From the NCBI GenBank assembly GCA_964500125.1, contig CAZCMV010000002.1:4173-68172 (forward strand): a stretch of DNA of 64,000 nt, in the 5' to 3' direction. The notes under the pieces were generated by a model. The model ran no database searches, was not told the origin of the DNA, and saw nothing but the letters and a program-made list of their open reading frames with translations. The stretch comes from an uncultured Bdellovibrionales bacterium. GTDB lineage: Bacteria; Patescibacteriota; Minisyncoccia; Moranbacterales; GWC2-37-73. Both the position numbers and the translations under genes were made by a program. Of this stretch, positions 57,259 through 64,000 are shown in pieces (position 1 is the stretch's first letter; each line of letters opens with the position of its first letter).

Positions 57259-59370
57259 CTATTTCATGATTTTAGCCACAGCCTTGACGGAAAGATTGAT
57301 GCGCCCTTGATCGTCGATATTTTTCACTTTTACCGGCACAATATCGCCTACCTTAACAATGTCCTCGACTTTTTCTACGCGATGATCAGCAAGCTCGGAA
57401 ATGTGAATCAAGCCTTCTTGACCGGGTAAAATTTCAGCAAATGCTCCAAAGTTCATGATTCTGGTAACTTTCGCATTAAATGTTTCGCCTGGCTTTACTT
57501 CGTGGGTCAAGTTATCAATCCATTGTTGCGCCTTGAGTGCGGAAGCTTCATCAGCAGAAGTGATGAAGACGGATCCATCATCTTCAATATCGATCTGCAC
57601 GCCTGTTTCATCAATAATTTCATTAATAATCTTACCTCCAGTGCCTATCACGTTGCGGATCTTAGCAGGATTAATGTGCATCGTGATAATACGGGGTGCA
57701 TATTGCGACATGTTCTCACGTGGCGCGGCAATAGTGTCCAGCATAATAGCGAGAATTCCTGCGCGGTTGATTTTCGATTGTTTTAAGACAGCTTCAAGCA
57801 TTTCAACTGTAATGCCATCAACCTTAACGTCCATTTGAAGTGCGGTAATCCCTTTTTCTGTTCCCGCGGCTTTGAAATCCATGTCGCCGTAGTGATCTTC
57901 TAGTCCTTGTATATCCGTAAGCACTTTAAATTCGTTGTCTTTGCCCACGATAATTCCCATGGCGATGCCACTGACCGGACGCTTGATAGGTACGCCGGCA
58001 TCCATAAGTGACAATGTGGATCCACAAGTCGAAGCCATGGATGATGAGCCGTTGGATTCCAAGATTTCACTGACAAGCAAAGTGGTATAGGGGAAGTCAT
58101 CCTTAGAAGGAAGCACCGGAACCAAAGCTCTTTCAGCAAGTGCGCCATGTCCAACTTCTCTTCTGCCTGGTCCGCGCATTGGGCGAACTTCACCTACGGA
58201 AAAAGGTGGGAAGTTGTAATGGTGAATATATCTCTTTTTGGTATCAACCTCCATAGTATCAATTACCTGTTCGTCCCCAGGTGAGCCTAGGGTTGTGATT
58301 GTCAATGCCTGTGTTTCACCACGAGTGAAAAGCGCGCTGCCATGAGTTCTTGGCAAAAGCCCAATGCGGCAATCAATGTGGCGTACTTCATCAAGTTTGC
58401 GTCCATCTGGGCGCTGTCCTTTTTTCAGAATATTTTCGTGCACGATTTCATCGGAAGCTTCTTCAAAAACTTGTTCGGCGATTTCCTTGAGTCTGTTTGT
58501 ATCTTCAGCAGCATATTTTTCATCAATATAGACATTGATCTTTTCCTTTACCTCCTTAATTGCAGACTCAATCACTTTCTTGTTTTTATTATAGAGAATT
58601 TCGCTCAAATTTTCCTTGAGAAAAAGTTCTTTAATTTCTGCTTCGAACTCCGGTGTGCCGGCAAGAAGTACGGGCTCAGCTTTCGGCTTACCTACTTCTT
58701 TGCTAATGTCTTCAATAAAGGTCGCAATTTTTTTGATAGCTTCATGTCCGAAAGCGAAAGCTCGGACAACATCTTCTTCAGACACTTCTTTCATGCCTGC
58801 TTCAACCATGTTGATTTTTTCTTTGCTTCCGGAAATAATCAGGTCGATGTCTCCTTCTGCCAGTTCTCCATTTACAGGATTGAGAATTAGTTCGCCGTTA
58901 AGACGACCGACGCGGACAGCCCCAATTGGGCCGTTCCAGGGAATATCAGAAAGAGAAAGAGCTGCTGAGGCGGCAATCATGGATATTACATCCGGATCAT
59001 TTTCGCCATCGATGGAAAGTACGGTGACCACAACCTGTACTTCGTTACGCATGCGACCATTAAAAAGTGGACGGATGGTGCGGTCAACAACGCGGCCAGT
59101 AAGGATGGCGTCATCGGAAGGACGTCCTTCACGTTTAATAAAGCGAGAACCCTTAATTTTACCTGCTGCATAGTAGCGTTCTTCGTAGTCGACCATAAGC
59201 GGGAAATACCCGTTGATTTTGGAAGCCCCTTTACTCATCACGGCAGTTGCCAAAACAACCGTATCGCCATAACGCACAGTTACCGCACCGCTGGCTTGCT
59301 TAGCCATGAGGCCGGTTTCGATTTCAAGAACACGCCCACCAATTTGGAGGGACCACTTCTTTTGTTCCAT
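57259..59370 (-). CDS. pnp: polyribonucleotide nucleotidyltransferase (start at MEQKKWSLQIGG)
   Basis: Two RNase PH domains, KH and S1 C-terminal domains. Confidence 0.95.
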   Translation of the reverse strand: MEQKKWSLQIGGRVLEIETGLMAKQASGAVTVRYGDTVVLATAVMSKGASKINGYFPLMVDYEERYYAAGKIKGSRFIKREGRPSDDAILTGRVVDRTIRPLFNGRMRNEVQVVVTVLSIDGENDPDVISMIAASAALSLSDIPWNGPIGAVRVGRLNGELILNPVNGELAEGDIDLIISGSKEKINMVEAGMKEVSEEDVVRAFAFGHEAIKKIATFIEDISKEVGKPKAEPVLLAGTPEFEAEIKELFLKENLSEILYNKNKKVIESAIKEVKEKINVYIDEKYAAEDTNRLKEIAEQVFEEASDEIVHENILKKGQRPDGRKLDEVRHIDCRIGLLPRTHGSALFTRGETQALTITTLGSPGDEQVIDTMEVDTKKRYIHHYNFPPFSVGEVRPMRGPGRREVGHGALAERALVPVLPSKDDFPYTTLLVSEILESNGSSSMASTCGSTLSLMDAGVPIKRPVSGIAMGIIVGKDNEFKVLTDIQGLEDHYGDMDFKAAGTEKGITALQMDVKVDGITVEMLEAVLKQSKINRAGILAIMLDTIAAPRENMSQYAPRIITMHINPAKIRNVIGTGGKIINEIIDETGVQIDIEDDGSVFITSADEASALKAQQWIDNLTHEVKPGETFNAKVTRIMNFGAFAEILPGQEGLIHISELADHRVEKVEDIVKVGDIVPVKVKNIDDQGRINLSVKAVAKIMK

Positions 59371-59640
59371 AAAGAAACGTATTAGCCTTGAGCTAATGAC
59401 GTTATAAACACGATATTGTCTTAAATTTCTAATTTCCAATATCTAATTTCTAAACAGTGATCAAATTCCAATGTCCAAATGTTTAAAACAGATTGGTTTT
59501 TTTACATCTGAAATTTGATTTTTTAGGATTTAGTATTTTGGATTTAGTGTTTTAATACGATATTGTATCTACGACGCACTAGCAAAAGCTTTTTAATTGT
59601 TAGTAACTGTATGTAGTGTGTCTTAAAAAGGCTTTTTTGT

Positions 59641-59700
59641 CAATCCAAATGCATAGAGTGACTCCAATATACCAATTTGCACTCTAATGACTCGAATAAA
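59641..59700. repeat. intergenic repeat element copy e (TAGAGTGACTCC ... CACTCTAATGACTC), inverted relative to copies b and c
   Basis: Contains the GAGTCATTAGAGTG core in reverse orientation. Confidence 0.45.
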
Positions 59701-59766
59701 ATCAAAAAGAACGCACCTAAGCGCTCTTTTATCTAAAACCTAGAACTTAGAACCTAAAATCAGAAC

Positions 59767-60264
59767 CTAGATCAAAAACTTCTTCTTATTTTCCGATAAA
59801 TTGGTGAAGTCATCCAGAGATTCTATCAGTTTGACACTGGTGCTTTCCAGAAAGGCCATACCTTCTACTCGGCAGCCAGTAGTACTTTGGACGTATTGTA
59901 CAACGGGAACATAATCTCCGTCACCGGAAATAAGCACTATTGCATCAAGACTTTTAGACATTTTGATGGCGTCAACGGCAATTCCCACGTCCCAATCCCC
60001 TTTCTTTTGTCCGCCGGGAAAAACTTGCAAGTCTTTCGTTTTTACTTCAAAACCTTGCTTTTCTAATGCTTCAAAGAATTTTTCTTCCTGACCTTCAATA
60101 GTGCGGATGCCATAAGCAATGGCGCGAATGAATTTTCTGTCAGCAATGGCTTCCTCAAGCACTTTGCCGAAGTTAACTTTCTTGCCATGAATAGCTTTGG
60201 CGCTATAGTAGAGGTTTTGAATGTCCACAAGTACGCCAACGCGCTGCTCTTTTAGTTTAATCAT
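59767..60264 (-). CDS. NYN-domain (LabA-like) putative ribonuclease
   Basis: VGVLVDIQNLYYSA ... LISGDGDYVPVV motifs. Confidence 0.65.
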   Translation of the reverse strand: MIKLKEQRVGVLVDIQNLYYSAKAIHGKKVNFGKVLEEAIADRKFIRAIAYGIRTIEGQEEKFFEALEKQGFEVKTKDLQVFPGGQKKGDWDVGIAVDAIKMSKSLDAIVLISGDGDYVPVVQYVQSTTGCRVEGMAFLESTSVKLIESLDDFTNLSENKKKFLI

Positions 60265-60368
60265 ATAAAATTCAGCTTACATTTATTTCTTACAAAATAG
60301 AGCACGGATATCTTTACAGTAAATCCGTGCCCCGTGATAATCCGTTTCTTATCCGTGCAAATCAGCAC

Positions 60369-60638
60369 CTATCCTTTCAGACCAAGCTCCTTAACGATCT
60401 TCTTGTATGTCTTTTCGTCGGTTTTTGCAAGATAAGCCATTAATTTCCTTCTTTTGGCAACCATTTTGAGTAGGCCGCGGCGGGAATGGAAATCTTTTTT
60501 GTTCTTTTTAAGGTGAGAAGTAAGCTTTTTGATCTTCTCGGTGAACAAAGCAATCTGATATTCCGGAGAACCGGTGTCTTTTTCGTGACGTTTTACAGGG
60601 TCAGTCACTTTTACCTTTTGCTTGTGTGTAAGTGCCAT
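60369..60638 (-). CDS. rpsO: 30S ribosomal protein S15
   Basis: [50 protein letters not shown]. Confidence 0.9.
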   Translation of the reverse strand: MALTHKQKVKVTDPVKRHEKDTGSPEYQIALFTEKIKKLTSHLKKNKKDFHSRRGLLKMVAKRRKLMAYLAKTDEKTYKKIVKELGLKG

Positions 60639-60772
60639 AGCGTTTGGTGCGATACATGAGTTTTGGTATAAATTTTGCCTTTATTTTGGCAAAAATAAGC
60701 CGAAAACCAATGTATGCTTGATTAATGATGCTAAAATGATAACACGGTTGTTCGAATTTGGCAATATTTAAT

Positions 60773-60802
60773 AAAAAACAGAACCGCCGCAAGGCGGTTC
60801 TG
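60773..60802 (-). terminator. rho-independent terminator after gyrA (CAGAACCGCC-gcaa-GGCGGTTCTG + U-run on minus transcript)
   Basis: 10-bp perfect stem, GCAA loop, T6 on minus strand. Confidence 0.7.
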
Positions 60803-60808
60803 TGAGAT

Positions 60809-63274
60809 TTATAATACTGCTGATGCGGATATCTTGTCTCCCGGCTGGGGTTTCATGATGCGTACCCCTTGGGTGGCGCGACCGAGGACGGAAATACTTT
60901 TGAGCGGGATGCGGATGATCTGCCCTTGTTCGGAGGTAATCAACAAGTCACCTTCGATATCGTCCACATTGATGATGTTCGCTCCGGCAAGGCGTCCTGT
61001 TTTGGAAGTGACACTGGCTGTCTTGATACCACTGCCGCCGCGTTTTTGAATTTTATAGAATTTGACATCAGTGCGTTTGCCATAACCGTTTTCAGTGATG
61101 ATTAGAAGCTGATTTCCTTGCTGCTGTTTGAGCATTGCATCCATGCCGACAACATAGTCGCTTCCCTTCAGCTTGATGCCGCGTACACCGGCGGCGCTTC
61201 GTCCCATCGGGCGCACATCTGTTTCTTTGAAGCGAATCGCTTGACCTTGGGAAGTGGAGATGTTGATTTCATCGGTGCCACTGGTTGGTTTGACCCAGTT
61301 GAGGGTGTCGCCTTTTTCCAAAGTGATGGCGATAAGGCCGCTTCTTCTCACGTTGTCGAAATCTTCAATCTTAGTTTTTTTCACCACACCCATGCGAGTT
61401 GTCATGAAGAAAAATTTGTATCCATCATCTTTGTTATAAGGAATCATGGCTGTAATTTTTTCTTCAGGGGATATTTGCAAGAAATTGACAATTGCCTGAC
61501 CTTTTGCTGTTCTGGATGATTCGGGAATTTCATATGCTTTCGTTTGGAAGACTTTGCCAGTGTCGGTAAAAAACATCAAATTATCATGAGCCATAACGCT
61601 AGTTACTTGTTCAATGATGTCACCTTCTCTTGTTGTTGCTCCAATTACCCCTTTACCTCCGCGTTTTTGCACCTTATACACCGTTGGGTTCATGCGCTTA
61701 ATATATCCGTCTTGGGAAAGTGTGATAATCGCTTCTTCGTTCGGAATTAAGTCTTCTTGCTTGAATTCTTTGATACCGGTTTTCATAAAGCGCGTTTTTC
61801 TTTCGTCGCCATATTTTTCTTTGAGTGCGATGAGTTCATCTTTGACAACGCCCAAAATCTTTTTTGGATCTTTGAGTAATTCTTCAAGTTTGGCAATGAG
61901 TTTTAATTTTTCATCCAACTCGTCTTCGATCTTTTTTCTTTCCAGGCCTGCCAGGGTTTGCAAGCGCATTTCCAAAATAGCGCTGGCTTGAATTTCGGAG
62001 AGCTTGAATTTTTTCATCAAATTCTCATGTGCTATTTCCTTGGTCGAAGATTTCTTTATTGTTTCAATAACTGCGTCAATGTGGTCCAGCGCAGTTTTCA
62101 ATCCTTCAAGTATATGTGCGCGTTCTTTTGCTTTTTTGAGATCATATTGAGTGCGGCGCGTTACCACGTTTTGGCGGTGTGTGATGTGGTGTTCCAAAAT
62201 CGCTTTGAGGCTGAGAATTTGCGGATCGATTCCGTCAACCAAAGCAAGCATGTTTACGTTGAAATTCTTTTGTAAATCCGTAACGGCAAAAAGCTTGTTC
62301 AAGATCTTTTGCGGGAAAGCGTCTTTCTTGAGTTCAATCACAATACGTACGCCATCTTTGCTTGATTCATCACGCAGATCTTTGATGCCTATCAATTTAC
62401 CTTCTTTGACTAAATCGGCAATTTTAGAAATAAGAGTCGCCTTGTTAGTGGCATAGGTAATTTCGCTAACAATGATTTGAAATGCGCCAGCCTTTGTTTC
62501 CACAATTTCTGTTTTGGCGCGGGTTACGATTTTTCCTTTACCTGTTGAATAAGCCTCTTTAATCTCAGGAGAGTTGTAAATGATACCGCCGGTTGGAAAA
62601 TCTGGACCTTTCACGAATTGCATTAAATCATCAACCGTAGCATCTGGATTATCAATGAGGTGTCCGATTGCATCAACGAGTTCGCCCAAATTGTGTGGCG
62701 GAATGTTGGTGGCCATGCCTACAGCGATACCCATCGTTCCATTCAAAAGAAGTTGCGGAAGTTTAGCGGGAAGTACCACTGGTTCTTTATGCACGCCATC
62801 AAAGTTAGGCACAAAGTCAACCGTGTCTTTTTCAATATCAAAAAGCATTTCCTCGGCAATATGTTGCAACTTTGCTTCTGTGTAACGGTAAGCAGCAGCA
62901 CTGTCTCCATCCATAGAACCGAAGTTTCCTTGTCCCCAGACCAACGGATAGCGCATGGAAAAATCTTGGGCCAAACGTACCATCGAATCATAAACAGCAC
63001 CATCGCCGTGCGGATGATATTTTCCCAACACCTCACCGACCACAGTGGCGGACTTGCGAAATTTGGCATTTGGACGCAAGCCACTATCCCACATTGAGTA
63101 GAGAATGCGGCGATGTACTGGCTTGAGACCATCGCGTACGTCAGGTAGAGCGCGCGAAACGATCACGCTCATTGCATAATCAAGATATGATTGTTGCACT
63201 TCTTGTGTGAGGGTGCGTGGCTGGATGTTTTCTTGGTGGAATTCCAGAGAGTTCTGTTTGATATTCTTTGCCAT
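60809..63274 (-). CDS. gyrA: DNA gyrase subunit A (start at MAKNIKQN)
   Basis: Active-site region AAMRYTE-like RYTEAKL, GyrA box, C-terminal beta-pinwheel repeats. Confidence 0.95.
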   Translation of the reverse strand: MAKNIKQNSLEFHQENIQPRTLTQEVQQSYLDYAMSVIVSRALPDVRDGLKPVHRRILYSMWDSGLRPNAKFRKSATVVGEVLGKYHPHGDGAVYDSMVRLAQDFSMRYPLVWGQGNFGSMDGDSAAAYRYTEAKLQHIAEEMLFDIEKDTVDFVPNFDGVHKEPVVLPAKLPQLLLNGTMGIAVGMATNIPPHNLGELVDAIGHLIDNPDATVDDLMQFVKGPDFPTGGIIYNSPEIKEAYSTGKGKIVTRAKTEIVETKAGAFQIIVSEITYATNKATLISKIADLVKEGKLIGIKDLRDESSKDGVRIVIELKKDAFPQKILNKLFAVTDLQKNFNVNMLALVDGIDPQILSLKAILEHHITHRQNVVTRRTQYDLKKAKERAHILEGLKTALDHIDAVIETIKKSSTKEIAHENLMKKFKLSEIQASAILEMRLQTLAGLERKKIEDELDEKLKLIAKLEELLKDPKKILGVVKDELIALKEKYGDERKTRFMKTGIKEFKQEDLIPNEEAIITLSQDGYIKRMNPTVYKVQKRGGKGVIGATTREGDIIEQVTSVMAHDNLMFFTDTGKVFQTKAYEIPESSRTAKGQAIVNFLQISPEEKITAMIPYNKDDGYKFFFMTTRMGVVKKTKIEDFDNVRRSGLIAITLEKGDTLNWVKPTSGTDEINISTSQGQAIRFKETDVRPMGRSAAGVRGIKLKGSDYVVGMDAMLKQQQGNQLLIITENGYGKRTDVKFYKIQKRGGSGIKTASVTSKTGRLAGANIINVDDIEGDLLITSEQGQIIRIPLKSISVLGRATQGVRIMKPQPGDKISASAVL

Positions 63275-63398
63275 TATTATTGAATTTTGCTCGGCACAGA
63301 AATTCAGCAAAAGAATCTCATCTGCAGAGCTTTTAAATTATTTTTAAATCAAGTGTGTGTTTATTTCGGAGCTTTATTTGTAATTTGTCTCGTCATTA

Positions 63399-63788
63399 TC
63401 ATTGAGGATAGTCAGTAGACTTTTTTGTAGAGATAGAATCGGATGTTTTTTGAAAGTCTTCTTGTTCTTCTGGTTGTTCTGAATTTATGGATTGGTCTTT
63501 GTTTTCCGTCGGTAATACGCCTTCTGACGAAAAGTTTGTTTGTTCTAAATCAGCTTGTTGAGGGAGTAGCTCCGAAATGGAATGTGTATTTTCAGTGGCT
63601 TCTTTAATATCTTCTTTTATTTTTAATAAATCTTTAACTGAATTTTCTTGATGAAACATTGAACGAACTGAAATAACCCAAATTCCGATGACAAATATCA
63701 TACAGACACTTACAAAACCCCAAGCATATTTAAGGCGTATATTTTCTGGCATTGAGTGTATCTCTTCTATTTTTTTGTTGATATTCAT
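63399..63788 (-). CDS. hypothetical small membrane protein (start placed at MNINKK; ORF-track start is a TTG)
   Basis: One TM helix, acidic C-terminal tail. Confidence 0.3.
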   Translation of the reverse strand: MNINKKIEEIHSMPENIRLKYAWGFVSVCMIFVIGIWVISVRSMFHQENSVKDLLKIKEDIKEATENTHSISELLPQQADLEQTNFSSEGVLPTENKDQSINSEQPEEQEDFQKTSDSISTKKSTDYPQ

Positions 63789-63861
63789 AGCCACACAGTG
63801 CGAAATTTCGTGAAATAAGTACGCGAAACTACGCAAAAAATATAAATCCTTATCTCATTAA

Positions 63862-64000
63862 TCAAGCCTCGGGATTCATGCGGACAACATCCACATGTCT
63901 TCCTTCCAGATCCTTCTTTTTAATGGTAAGTTTGGACACAAGCTCTTTCGGGAAAGATCCTATTTCTTCACAAAATTTTGTTTCATCTGCGACATCTAAA
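63862..64000 (-). CDS. 3' end of an unidentified gene running into the window from the right (C-terminal 45 aa ...VRMNPEA)
   Basis: Only open frame on minus strand across 63862..64000; stop TGA at 63864..63862. Confidence 0.25.
   Translation of the reverse strand, partial: LDVADETKFCEEIGSFPKELVSKLTIKKKDLEGRHVDVVRMNPEA

Noticed and set aside
1-64000. CRISPR arrays, integrases/transposases, rRNA genes, alternative genetic code
   Set aside because: No regularly spaced direct repeats with unique spacers are present, and no recombinase-like ORFs. No rRNA-like conserved blocks were seen. Long essential genes are intact under the standard code.

Overview
This 64-kb window is a chromosomal segment of a low-GC, small-genome bacterium whose features point to the Candidate Phyla Radiation / Patescibacteria, probably a Parcubacteria-like lineage.

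Evidence for that placement:
- Genes are short and tightly packed, with weak or variable Shine-Dalgarno sequences.
- A DciA/DUF721-type helicase loader sits next to dnaN.
- Many secreted proteins carry Ca-binding D-x-D-x-D-G repeats.
- The standard genetic code applies: rpoC (1192 aa) and rpoB read through with no in-frame UGA, so this is not a code-25 lineage.

Main contents:
- The replication origin: rpmH-rnpA-yidC-jag diverges from dnaA-dnaN-dciA-rpsT, with DnaA boxes between them.
- Core housekeeping genes: rpoB-rpoC, a lexA/ORF6N pair, ftsH-tilS-gmk-rpsA, tsaE, polA-mutM-DUF3048-holA, rpsO-NYN-pnp, gyrA, and partial ftsK.
- Two tRNAs: Gly-TCC and Val-GAC.
- A surface-glycan cluster: a Wzx-like flippase, two GT2 glycosyltransferases and two O-antigen-ligase-like proteins.
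- A peptidoglycan-remodelling neighbourhood: M23 peptidase, PGRP-type amidase, SIMPL protein, FKBP, and an HEXXH protein.

The best candidate for a previously undescribed system is a co-directional seven-gene envelope operon on the minus strand (45.9-53.7 kb):
- a CPBP/Abi protease;
- a 926-aa Cys-rich Ca-binding surface protein;
- two paralogous membrane anchors with 100% identical N-terminal modules, encoded by a 368-bp direct repeat, fused to a lytic-transglycosylase-like domain in one and a CHAP domain in the other;
- a TolB-like beta-propeller and two small anchored proteins;
- a cluster of DnaA boxes immediately upstream.

Other notable signals:
- a family of small intergenic repeat elements with a TTAGAGT core;
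- ATTCG heptamer arrays in the lexA and rpsT leaders;
- an orphan ImmA/IrrE-like metallopeptidase with unknown neighbours;
- a heptanucleotide tandem repeat inside tsaE.
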